A stretch of 64,000 nt of DNA. It comes from an uncultured Candidatus Saccharibacteria bacterium. Its GTDB lineage: Bacteria > Patescibacteriota > Saccharimonadia > Saccharimonadales > SZUA-47. Position 1 is the stretch's first letter. Every line of letters begins with the position of its first letter. The notes below the pieces were generated by a model. It saw only the letters and a program-made list of their open reading frames with translations. It had not been told where the DNA came from and ran no database searches. A program made the position numbers and the translations under genes. The DNA is taken from contig CAZHXX010000007.1 of NCBI GenBank assembly GCA_964536485.1, forward strand, positions 1,937-65,936, given 5' to 3'. Positions 36,096 through 45,024 of this stretch are shown here, piece by piece.

Positions 36096-37712
36096 ATGAA
36101 AAAGCCTTTTCCTTACGAAATACCGTTCAACGAGGAGAAAGGTGCGCAGTACCGTTTTTTTGAAATTTTGCCTGGTTTTTTGACGTGGTCAGCGTTGATT
36201 TTGCCGTTTGCGTTGGCGTTTTGGAACGTGGGAGTAACGGCAGTAATTATGATTGCCTACTTGATGCTATGGTTTGTGAAGGCGGTTGCACTGAACTTGC
36301 GTGCCGTGCAAGGCTGGCGGTTGTTTCAAGAACACCTTGGGATTGACTGGATGGCACTTTTTGCCGATGTAAAAAAGCACGACGATACGAAAAAGTGGCC
36401 CCAGTGGCACTTAAATAACCTGAACCGAATCGAGAAGTGTCCAAACGGTATTAAACCTGATGAGATAACGCATGCGGTAATAGTGGCTACCTGGAATGAG
36501 TCGCGCGAAACACTGAAACCAACGCTTGATACCGTAGCCGAAAGTGTTGGTGACCCAAAGAAGATGATCGTGTTGCTCGCCTATGAAGCGCGCGGTGGTG
36601 AGGTGGTAGAGAAGCAAGCCGAAACGCTAATGAAAGAGTATGAAGGTGTGTTTATGGTGTCTAAAGCGGTAAAGCACATTGACGCGCCTGGCGAAGTGAT
36701 TGGTAAGGGGCCGAACATTACCTATGCGGGTCGCGAACTTGAACGTATTGTGAAAAAGAAGGGGATAGACCCACTCCAAGTATTGGTGACAACTCTGGAT
36801 GCCGATAACCGTCCACACAAGAGTTATTTTGCTTGTTTGTCTTATGTGTATAGCGTGTGCCATGACCCACTGTTTCTTTCGTTTCAACCTATACCGATGT
36901 TTACGAATAATATTTGGGATGCACCGGCGCCCATGCGCGTGATTGCAACGGGGAATAGTTATTGGATGCTCATTCAGGGACTTCGACAGCATATGTTGCG
37001 CAACTTTTCGGCGCATGCACAGCCACTGGCTTCTTTAATAGAGACAGATTTTTGGAGTAGACGAACTATCGTGGAGGATGGGCATCAGTTCTGGCGAAGT
37101 TATTTTGCTTTTGATGGTAAGCATGAAGTGATCCCTATTTTCTTGCCGATTTATCAGGATGCGGTGCTGGCAAAAGGCTACCGCCGAACGCTGAAGGCCC
37201 AGTTTATACAAATACGACGTTGGGCATGGGGCGCGACAGACATTGCCTATGTTGCCAAGTATGGGTTCTTTAAGAAAAATAAAATCTCGCGTACTGACGT
37301 GTGGTTTAAGTTTTTGCGCCTGCTCGAGGGGCATTTTAGCTGGGCAACTGCTCCGCTTATTTTGGCTTTTGGCGCACTGATACCATGGGTATTTCACCAA
37401 ACAGACTTTATTGCTAACCAGTTGCCACAAGTGGCAAGCCGGATTCAGACGGTTGCAATGCTTGGGATTTTGGTCACCTTATATTTGAGCTTTAAGATTT
37501 TGCCACCGAAGCCGTCGCGCTATAAGAAGCACCGCACGGTGTTTATGGTGTTGCAATGGGGACTGTTACCACTGACTACCATCTGCTATAGCGCTTTTGC
37601 AGCGATTGTTTCGCAGACACGGCTGATGTTTGGCTGGTACTTGGGTAAGTTCGATGTGACGGAGAAGGCAGTGGTGACTGATTCTGGGACTGTTACTTCG
37701 CATGATGAATAA
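36096..37712 (+). CDS. membrane-bound family-2 glycosyltransferase (processive, cellulose-synthase-like)
   Basis: VIVATWNES, TTLDADN (DxD) and QFIQIRRWAWG (QxxRW) motifs, with multiple N- and C-terminal TM helices. Confidence 0.7.
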   Translation: MKKPFPYEIPFNEEKGAQYRFFEILPGFLTWSALILPFALAFWNVGVTAVIMIAYLMLWFVKAVALNLRAVQGWRLFQEHLGIDWMALFADVKKHDDTKKWPQWHLNNLNRIEKCPNGIKPDEITHAVIVATWNESRETLKPTLDTVAESVGDPKKMIVLLAYEARGGEVVEKQAETLMKEYEGVFMVSKAVKHIDAPGEVIGKGPNITYAGRELERIVKKKGIDPLQVLVTTLDADNRPHKSYFACLSYVYSVCHDPLFLSFQPIPMFTNNIWDAPAPMRVIATGNSYWMLIQGLRQHMLRNFSAHAQPLASLIETDFWSRRTIVEDGHQFWRSYFAFDGKHEVIPIFLPIYQDAVLAKGYRRTLKAQFIQIRRWAWGATDIAYVAKYGFFKKNKISRTDVWFKFLRLLEGHFSWATAPLILAFGALIPWVFHQTDFIANQLPQVASRIQTVAMLGILVTLYLSFKILPPKPSRYKKHRTVFMVLQWGLLPLTTICYSAFAAIVSQTRLMFGWYLGKFDVTEKAVVTDSGTVTSHDE

Positions 37713-37717
37713 GTAAC

Positions 37718-38297
37718 TGTGGGCGATGCGCCCGAAGTCCCAAAGAAACGAGCATCCTTTTCTAGCCTCATTTTCGGCAGTACGTTCCGTACTTTGCACG
37801 AATAACAGTGGGCGATGCCTGCCCACACCCAGCCTTACTTTTGCCTGCAGGTGCAAAAGTAAGCAAAAAGTCCGCAGCATGCAAGAAAAGCACTATTGGC
37901 TCAGCTAAAGATTCTATCGTTCCTGCGGAACGGCGAGCGGCCTCGTTAGTTACTAAAGTAGAGTAACTCGGCTAGTCCTCGGAAGTGATTCAATAGAATC
38001 TCTAGCTGAGACCATCGGTTTTCTTGCGGTGCTGGAGAGCTACACGAGCTACTGTAGCCACACCAGCCTTTACCCTAAAAACCGAGAAAATGAGACAGAT
38101 GATAAAGGAGTCATTGCCGAGGACTTGTCCGGCTACTCCTTTTAAGTAACTACCCGGACCGCTCTAGCGTTCCGCAAGGCACCTTTGTCATCTGTCTGTA
38201 TTTTCATCGCTTGTTTTTGGGGAGGCTGCGGACTTTTTGCATACTTTTGAGACTGTAGTCAAAAGTATGACCGGGGTGAAGGGGTGTAACGACCCCT
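37718..38297 (+). repeat. structured repeat locus R5: inverted dimer of two diverged units
   Basis: Left unit: CATTTTCGGC-hairpin-TTGCACGA, GGGCGATGCCTGCCCACACCCAGCC, TTACTTTTG...CAAAAGTAA. Right unit (reverse): ATACTTTTGA...TCAAAAGTAT. Central hairpin GCTACACGAGCTACTGTAGC. Confidence 0.8.
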
Positions 38298-38304
38298 CTA
38301 AGAT

Positions 38305-38703
38305 TTATTGATGCTTTGCTTTGTAAACAGCGCTGGCGATGGGGTCGAAGCGGGCAAGGACGGTGTGGGTTACTTCTGCAATGAGTGCTTTTTCTAGTTT
38401 TGGTTGTTTTAAGCGCAATAACGTGGCTAAAACAGTGTCTGTAAGCGCACTAGCATCGTCTAGAGCGCTTTTTTTATGCTGTAGTGCGTCTTTTATGCTC
38501 TCGAACAAGATGTCTCTCTGGAAGGCCTCTAGGGCCTTCTGAGAGGTGATGACACGGTGGGTTGAAGACATGTCAATTTGCTCCGAAGTGGTCCATATTT
38601 TGCGACATGCCTGACACTGTCGACGACGCCACACTTGTGTGCTTCCGGCGCGTTTTCGGCTGTTTGTGACGGACGATTTTTTTCCGCAAAATGGACAATC
38701 CAT
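38305..38703 (-). CDS. nrdR: transcriptional repressor NrdR (short form)
   Basis: MDCPFCGKKSSVTNSRK...VWRRRQCQACRKIWTTSEQ zinc ribbon plus a C-terminal ATP-cone-like segment. Confidence 0.8.
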   Translation of the reverse strand: MDCPFCGKKSSVTNSRKRAGSTQVWRRRQCQACRKIWTTSEQIDMSSTHRVITSQKALEAFQRDILFESIKDALQHKKSALDDASALTDTVLATLLRLKQPKLEKALIAEVTHTVLARFDPIASAVYKAKHQ

Positions 38704-38804
38704 GACAATATATTGACATAACGCTAATGATTTTACTAGTGGATAAGTGGGTAGGGATGTGGGGAAATAATTTAAGGCGCTTTCGCGCGGAGTAAAAATT
38801 GCGA

Positions 38805-39045
38805 CTTTTACCAGTCGCGCTAGGTCATACTTTTGCCTGCAGGTGCAAAAGTATGCAAAAACCCCGCAGCATGCAAGAAAAGCACGATTGGCTTCTTTAC
38901 AGAAATGAAGCGTTCCTTGCGGAACGCTCTAAAGAGCGGTCAGAATAGTTACTGAAAGAGAGTATTCTGACAAGTCCTCGGAAATGACTCCCTTCATTTC
39001 TGCAAAGAAGCCATCGGTTTTCTTGCGGTGCTGATGGGCTACACG
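38805..39045 (+). repeat. structured repeat locus R6: single unit
   Basis: 38826-39031 is almost base-for-base identical to 13107-13312. Confidence 0.85.
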
Positions 39046-39061
39046 AGCACAAAGGTGTTGA

Positions 39062-39300
39062 GGACAAATAGACAAACCCCGCGCTTTTCTCTATAAGAGA
39101 CGAGCGCGGGGCCGGTTGTTCCACTCCCTAAGGGTTCCTTTGCAGGAGACCCATAACCGTTAAGACCGCTTGTTGGCTGGGCGAGGTCTTCGAACACGTT
39201 TCCGTGCTGGCGGGACCGCGTGCAACTCTTCGTAAAAGAGTGCGAAGCCATCAAGCGAGTTGTTTGATTTATTCAAACAGTTACCTCAACTTAACACGCT
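39062..39300 (-). ncRNA. candidate structured sRNA or leader ending in an intrinsic terminator
   Basis: On the minus strand there are several hairpins (CACG-GAAA-CGTG, AAGACC...GGTCTT, GGGTCTCC...GGAACCC). They are followed by CCCCGCGCT...AGCGCGGGG and then TTTGTCTATTTGT at 39111-39062. No ORF. Confidence 0.35.
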
Positions 39301-39393
39301 TATGTTAACATATTAGTACATACATGTCAAGTAATGTTCGTTGTGTTATTGATTTACCTCTGTTATGCTCTGTATACATAAGGAAAAAATTAC

Positions 39394-40476
39394 GTGATAT
39401 TTGAAGAAAAAAGAAAGATTGGTGCTTTTGCCAGAACTGGCATTTTGCACACGCGCGCAGGTGACGTTTTGACCCCTACTTTTATGCCAGATGGGACGCG
39501 CGGAGCGGTGAAGGGGATGACGCCGGAACAGGTGAGCGCTACCGGCGTGCAGATAGTGCTTGCCAACACCTACCATTTGCATCTTAGCCCAGGGGAAGAC
39601 AAGATGAAACAGCTTGGTGGCCTGCATGCCTTTGCTAACCGTAAGGGGCCAATGCTGACTGATTCTGGTGGGTTCCAGGTATTTTCTCTGGGTGAGCATA
39701 CGAAGATTACTGAAGAAGGGGTGCATTTTAAGGACCCGAAGACGGGAGATAAGCGCTTTATTTCTCCTGAGAAGTCGATGCAGATTCAGCTTGATTTGGG
39801 TGCAGATATGATTGTGGCGTTTGATCACCTCATAGGCTTGGGGGATGAAACGGAGGCGCAAGTAAAGGATGCCTTTGACCGCACGCATCGCTGGCTTGAG
39901 CGCTGTATTGTGGAGTTTAAGCGACTGACGAAAGATATGGAGAAGCGACCACTCCTCTTTGGCGTTGTACAGGGTGGCTTGAACATTGATTTGCGTAAGC
40001 AGAGCCTTGAGATTGTGCAGAACAGCGATGTTGATGGCATTGCTATCGGGGGGCTTTCTGTTGGTGAAACCCGCGAAGAGATGGAGACAGTTTTGAAGGC
40101 GCTGGCGCCGTTATATCGAGCAGATAAGCCACGATTTTTGCTTGGTGTAGGAACGCCCGAAGACCTCAGAATTGCGGTTGAGAATGGGATAGATATGCTG
40201 GATTGTGTATTGCCGACACGTAACGCGCGTCATGGGATGGTTTGGGGTGAGCAAAGCAAGAAGATGCAACTGACGAATGAGCAGTTTGCGCTAGACAGTG
40301 GAGTGATTGACTCGACTTGTGACTGCTATACCTGCGCAAACGGCTTTTCGCGTGCGTTTTTGCGGCACCAGTTTAAATCTGGCGACCCGATTGCTGGGAC
40401 GCTTGCAAGTATTCATAATTTGCGACATATGAGCCGGCTATGTGAAGCGTATCGAAATGGTAGTATTAATTTATGA
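39394..40476 (+). CDS. tgt: queuine tRNA-ribosyltransferase
   Basis: GTG start. VLANTYHL, MLTDSGGFQVFSL and GGLSVGE motifs, and a C-terminal CxCxxC zinc site (CDCYTC). Confidence 0.9.
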   Translation: MIFEEKRKIGAFARTGILHTRAGDVLTPTFMPDGTRGAVKGMTPEQVSATGVQIVLANTYHLHLSPGEDKMKQLGGLHAFANRKGPMLTDSGGFQVFSLGEHTKITEEGVHFKDPKTGDKRFISPEKSMQIQLDLGADMIVAFDHLIGLGDETEAQVKDAFDRTHRWLERCIVEFKRLTKDMEKRPLLFGVVQGGLNIDLRKQSLEIVQNSDVDGIAIGGLSVGETREEMETVLKALAPLYRADKPRFLLGVGTPEDLRIAVENGIDMLDCVLPTRNARHGMVWGEQSKKMQLTNEQFALDSGVIDSTCDCYTCANGFSRAFLRHQFKSGDPIAGTLASIHNLRHMSRLCEAYRNGSINL

Positions 40477-41402
40477 AGATAGTTGTTGCTGAGCCGATTA
40501 GTACAACTTTGGACGAGCTCATTGCACACCATAATAAAGACTGGGTTGTTTATGAAGATAGGCCTGCAGACAAGACTGAACTAATAAAGCGGATTGGTGA
40601 TGCTGAGGTGGCTAGTTCTTATTCTGTTCATTATGACGGGGAAGTGTTTGAGGCATGCCCAAACCTAAAATATGTCGCTATTCCGGCGGTGGGGGCAAGT
40701 TTCTTTGTTGACATGGAAGCGGCGAAACGTCATGGGGTGACCGTGATGAATTGCCCAGGGTATAACGCGCAGGCCGTGGCTGAGCTGGCAGTGGGTTTTA
40801 TGCTTGATCTACTCCGGTTTGTGGTGCCAGAGCACGCAAAAATTGCTGGCGGTGCTTGGAACTTTACTTTGCCCAAGGGGCATCTTTTGCAAGGAAAGAC
40901 AGTAGGCCTGATTGGATACGGGAATGTTGGCAAAACGATAGAATATCTCTTGAATAATTGGGACGTGACGGTGCTACATGTAGACAGTGCTTCTAGTGCA
41001 ACAGATATCGATGGGCTTGCAAGCAAAGCAAATGTAGTGGTGGTGTGTTGTCCGATTACTGACGAAACGAGACATATGCTCGATGAGCGACGTTTTGCCC
41101 TGATGAAGAGTGGGGTCGTTATTATTAATGTTGGTCGTGGTGGTGTGATAGACGAAGATGCTCTGTATAAGCACCTTGTAGAGGGACATGTAGCTGGGGC
41201 TGGCCTAGATGTGTTTGAGCAAGAGCCTGTCACTGACGAACCTATTGCCTCTATTGAGCGATTTGCGAAGCTACCAAATGTGATTTGTACGCCACACCTC
41301 GCTGGCACGAGTGAAGAATCACGCGAGGTGCTTGGCCAGATGATTTATGACAACCTTGTGAGTTGTGAGAATGGTAAGCCACAAAATACCTATAAAGACT
41401 AA
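40473..41402 (+). CDS. D-isomer-specific 2-hydroxyacid dehydrogenase (PGDH-like)
   Basis: NAD-binding GLIGYGNVGKT, catalytic-region RGGVIDEDAL and TPHLAG. 4-nt overlap with tgt. Confidence 0.75.
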   Translation: MKIVVAEPISTTLDELIAHHNKDWVVYEDRPADKTELIKRIGDAEVASSYSVHYDGEVFEACPNLKYVAIPAVGASFFVDMEAAKRHGVTVMNCPGYNAQAVAELAVGFMLDLLRFVVPEHAKIAGGAWNFTLPKGHLLQGKTVGLIGYGNVGKTIEYLLNNWDVTVLHVDSASSATDIDGLASKANVVVVCCPITDETRHMLDERRFALMKSGVVIINVGRGGVIDEDALYKHLVEGHVAGAGLDVFEQEPVTDEPIASIERFAKLPNVICTPHLAGTSEESREVLGQMIYDNLVSCENGKPQNTYKD

Positions 41403-41411
41403 ACGAGATAG

Positions 41412-41771
41412 CTAGTTGCTGTCCTCGCTACCTGCATAGTAAGGTGTGTAGACTATATCAATCTGGATGCCTGCATTACCGAATAGTGTTGTAAAGGCTT
41501 CTTCAGTCTCTAGGCTATTGAACTTATTCGATAACCCAGCTTCTAGTAACACAGGGAGTATTTCTAACTCTTCAACCGAATATCTGCGTTCTGGGCTTAC
41601 CTCTGGGTCTCCGGCATCTCTAAACCAACCGTTCACTCGTCTCGTTAGATCCTCATTGTATCCATATTTGTATGATAGCCTGCCAAGATGAGCTGCTGCG
41701 TAGAGATGCTCAGGGCCTCTTAGTACAACATGTGGGTTTCCGGATCTTTCCATTGTTTCAATATAAAACAT
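41412..41771 (-). CDS. hypothetical protein
   Basis: 119-aa ORF. Confidence 0.5.
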   Translation of the reverse strand: MFYIETMERSGNPHVVLRGPEHLYAAAHLGRLSYKYGYNEDLTRRVNGWFRDAGDPEVSPERRYSVEELEILPVLLEAGLSNKFNSLETEEAFTTLFGNAGIQIDIVYTPYYAGSEDSN

Positions 41772-41844
41772 ATATTTCTCCTAATTTTAGATGAATTCTA
41801 ACAGACTAAAAAAGGATAAACAAAAGCGACATGAACGCTTAAAA

Positions 41845-41870
41845 TGAAAAAACTCAGGCTTGTGCCTGAG
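41845..41870 (-). terminator. intrinsic terminator downstream of tRNA-Val
   Basis: CTCAGGC (41853-41859) pairs with GCCTGAG (41864-41870), with a T-run on the minus strand (A-run at 41845-41852). Confidence 0.5.
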
Positions 41871-41877
41871 ATTGTAT

Positions 41878-41954
41878 TGGTGGGCGATGCAGGATTTGAA
41901 CCTGCCACCTTTTCCACGTCAAGGAAACGCTCTAGCCAAATGAGCTAATCGCCC
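41878..41954 (-). tRNA. tRNA-Val (anticodon GAC)
   Basis: Reverse complement folds as follows: acceptor GGGCGAT/ATCGCCC, anticodon stem-loop TTTCC-TTGACGT-GGAAA, T-arm GCAGG-TTCAAAT-CCTGC, encoded CCA. Confidence 0.85.
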
Positions 41955-42439
41955 GCGTCACGGTTTTCGTAACTGAGGTGATTATAGCGGATGAAGAGGG
42001 GGTAGTGCAAGAATATACCGTGAAAAGTATAAGTATTATACGGTTATTACCATCTATGAGATAAATGGAAAGTTTCCACAGACTGTGGATAACGCCAGTA
42101 AAAAACTACTAGCATTATAGTACTAATTACTGTATTCTAGTGTGAGTGAGGGAGTTCTGGGAGAGGTTTTTCACCAATCCACAGTCAATTTGTGCTTAGT
42201 TGCGAGAGAGCACAAATAAAACTAAGAGGAGTCTGATTAGTCGGATTCCTCTTTTTTGTTACGCATGGGTTATGAGAAAACTGGGATAGGTTTTCTCATC
42301 GCTCAGGGCGCCCGCAGAAAGGCGGTTCGCTCTGGCTGCTCTTTCCTGAACATAGAATCTTTAAGTTCAGAGTGAATCTGACCTTAAAGATGTATAGATT
42401 ATCTAAAGGCTTTAACCTGTAGAAACTACGGTATTTATC

Positions 42440-42645
42440 TTTGAGTTGCTCCGGTGGTATACTGTAGCTAAGCAGTGAAGTGGCCTCACCAACCACCGAG
42501 CTTACCTTGCACGCATGCATAGCAAGTAAAAACGCATGAAGAGTAAAAGTCGAGGTGGAACCTCCAAGGTTACTGACAGAGTAACAAAGGACCGAGACGC
42601 ACAATATTGGATGAAGTATCGCTCAATTGTGCGCTTTTTATTTTT
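42440..42645 (+). promoter_or_regulatory. structured thrS leader with terminator (T-box-like, unconfirmed)
   Basis: Two GGTGG(T/A)A motifs (42452-42462, 42553-42562). A 9-bp stem pairs GCTCCGGTGG with CCACCGAGC. The terminator (42598-42605 with 42626-42633, then a T-run) lies right before the thrS RBS GGAAAGGAG. Confidence 0.4.
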
Positions 42646-42665
42646 AACGGGAAAGGAGACCCCCG

Positions 42666-44519
42666 ATGGCAGACAATACCGACTTAGATGCAATGCGACA
42701 TTCGCTCGCTCATATAATGGCGACCGCAGTGACGAAGCTTTGGCCAACAGCTCGACTTGGGGTTGGACCGGTGGTAGAACACGGGTTTTACTATGATATC
42801 GATATCCCTGGCGTGGCTATTTCTGAAGACGATTTTGAGAAGATTGAAGCTGAAATGAAGCAAGTGATTGCGGCAAAAGACCCATTTGTAAAATCAATGA
42901 AGTCGATTGCTGATGCTATGGACTGGGCAGAAGGAGCAAAGCAACCATATAAGCTTGAGCTTTTGAACGACCTACGACGAGAAGGTACAACACTTGCGAG
43001 TGAGCTTGATAGTGCGATGATGGGCTTGCCGGCAGGTGTGAGCGGAGCAAGCGCAGGGAAGGCTGGCGTGAGAGAGGTGTCCTTTTATACAAATGGTGCA
43101 TTTACTGACCTCTGCCGAGGGCCACACGTAGAAGATACGGGGAAAGTAGGGGCTTTTAAGCTCATGCGCGTGGCTGGTGCTTACTGGCGTGGCAACGAGA
43201 AGAATGCTCAGATGCAGCGACTTTATGGTGTTGCTTTTGCAACCGAAAAAGAGTTGCGCCAGCATTTGCAGATGCTCGAAGAAGCAAAGAAGCGCGACCA
43301 CCGAAAGCTCGGTAAGGAACTTGATCTGTTTGTCTTTTCTGATCTTGTGGGCTCAGGCTTGCCGCTGTTTACGCCTCGTGGGACGGTCTTACGCGAAGAA
43401 GTAGGGAGATTTTCTCAGGAGCTACAGGGAGCTGCGGGCTACCAGCGTGTGTCTATCCCACACATGGCAAAGGTTGATTTGTATAAGACTTCTGGGCACT
43501 ATGACAAGTATCCGGAACGCTTTTCTGTGACCAGCTTTGAGAGTGATGATGAGTTTATGATGAAGCCGATGAACTGCCCTCACCACACTCAGATTTACGC
43601 TTCACAACCAAGAAGCTATAAAGATTTACCGATTCGTTATATGGAGAACACTGTTGTGTACCGAGACGAAAAAGCCGGCGAGTTGCATGGACTGATTCGT
43701 GTGCGTGGTGCAACGCAGGACGACGCACATGTGTTTTGTCGACCTGATCAGATTGAGGCAGAGTTTACGGCTATTATGACTATGATTCGTGACATGTATG
43801 CGGTATTCAATCTGAAGTGGAAGGCGCGACTAAGTTTTCGCGATAGTAGTGATAAGTATCTTGGTGATCCAGGGTTGTGGGAGTCGGCACAAAATACTAT
43901 TGAAGAAGTGGCGAAGAAGCTCGAGCTTGACTACTCGATTAGCGAAGGTGATGCTGCCTTTTATGGGCCAAAGATTGATGTGATGGCAACTGATGCCTTG
44001 GGCCGTGAGTGGCAGTTGGCAACCGAACAGCTAGACTTTGTACAGCCAGAAAGATTTGGTCTGGAATACGTTGACACCGAAGGTAATAAACAACGACCAG
44101 TGATGATACACAAGGCTTTGCTGGGCTCTTTTGAGCGCTTTCTTGGTGTGTATATTGAGCACACAGCAGGGAAGTTCCCGGTATGGATTGCACCAGAGCA
44201 GGTACGGATTATTACGGTGAATCAAGAAGAAGTGACAACAAACTTTGCGCGCGAAGCTAAGGAGATGGGGGAGAAGCTAGGCCTGCGTATCGTGGTGGAT
44301 AACGACAATGAGTCAGTCGGTAAGAAGATACGAAATAGCGTTGGCTGGAAGGTACCTTACGTTTTGGTAGTAGGCGAAAAAGAGATCCAGACTGGTGAGG
44401 TGACACCGCGTGTGCGTGATGATTTGAAGGTGCAAGATGAATCGACAATGCCACTTGAAAACTTCTTGAAGTCGGTAGCGAATGAAGCAAGAGCTCGCGT
44501 GACCAAGTCTAGTCTGTAG
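42666..44519 (+). CDS. thrS: threonyl-tRNA synthetase
   Basis: Second additional domain with HSLAHIMA, class II motifs HRKLGKELDLF, MNCPHH and RVRGATQDDAH, and a C-terminal anticodon-binding domain. Confidence 0.92.
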   Translation: MADNTDLDAMRHSLAHIMATAVTKLWPTARLGVGPVVEHGFYYDIDIPGVAISEDDFEKIEAEMKQVIAAKDPFVKSMKSIADAMDWAEGAKQPYKLELLNDLRREGTTLASELDSAMMGLPAGVSGASAGKAGVREVSFYTNGAFTDLCRGPHVEDTGKVGAFKLMRVAGAYWRGNEKNAQMQRLYGVAFATEKELRQHLQMLEEAKKRDHRKLGKELDLFVFSDLVGSGLPLFTPRGTVLREEVGRFSQELQGAAGYQRVSIPHMAKVDLYKTSGHYDKYPERFSVTSFESDDEFMMKPMNCPHHTQIYASQPRSYKDLPIRYMENTVVYRDEKAGELHGLIRVRGATQDDAHVFCRPDQIEAEFTAIMTMIRDMYAVFNLKWKARLSFRDSSDKYLGDPGLWESAQNTIEEVAKKLELDYSISEGDAAFYGPKIDVMATDALGREWQLATEQLDFVQPERFGLEYVDTEGNKQRPVMIHKALLGSFERFLGVYIEHTAGKFPVWIAPEQVRIITVNQEEVTTNFAREAKEMGEKLGLRIVVDNDNESVGKKIRNSVGWKVPYVLVVGEKEIQTGEVTPRVRDDLKVQDESTMPLENFLKSVANEARARVTKSSL

Positions 44520-44526
44520 GAGCACG

Positions 44527-45024
44527 ATGAACAGTTTGAAAGAGCGAGTTGAGGCAGTGGTGAGAACTATCCCAAAAGGAAGAGTTATGACTTATGGCCA
44601 GCTTGCTGCTTTGTGTGGAAATGCCCGTGCGGCACGAGTGGTGGGAGGAATTGCCCACTACGGCCCCACATACCTCCACACCACTTCTGACTGCCCGAAT
44701 GCACAGCACTCAGCGCCTCAGAAGTTTTCAAAGCATAACATTGTTGAACGCTCCAGTTCTCACTCAACGTCCGATATGGACGTCTCGTTGCGAGCTTCAC
44801 GTTCGCCTCGTTATGCATTTGAATGTGAAGGTTGTGGGGGTCAAATGATGCCTTGGCACAGGGTAGTGAATAAAAAAGGTGGGCTGGCGAGCGGGTATCA
44901 TGGGGGAAGGCACAGCCAAAAAGAGCATCTTGAGGCCGAGGGAGTTTCGGTAACAGGTGAGGGTGATAGTTATTTTGTGGATGTGGAACGTCTGTTGTGG
45001 TGGCCCGAGGGGCAAAGCGTATGA
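44527..45024 (+). CDS. alkyltransferase-like protein (Atl; MGMT DNA-binding domain without the active-site Cys) with an internal insertion
   Basis: IPKGRVMTYGQLAALCGNARAARVVGG ... PWHRVVNKKGGLASGY. Trp replaces the PCHR cysteine. A ~60-aa Ser-rich insert lies between the two halves. Confidence 0.6.
   Translation: MNSLKERVEAVVRTIPKGRVMTYGQLAALCGNARAARVVGGIAHYGPTYLHTTSDCPNAQHSAPQKFSKHNIVERSSSHSTSDMDVSLRASRSPRYAFECEGCGGQMMPWHRVVNKKGGLASGYHGGRHSQKEHLEAEGVSVTGEGDSYFVDVERLLWWPEGQSV

Noticed and set aside
39120-39240. Cobalamin riboswitch on the minus strand (GGTCCCGCCAGCAC and GAAGACCTCGCC resemble the CCCGCCACUG core and the B12 box)
   Set aside because: The upstream conserved GGGAA and GGUG..AA..CC elements are absent, the spacing is atypically short and the B12 box has an extra base. 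It is kept only as an unassigned RNA candidate.
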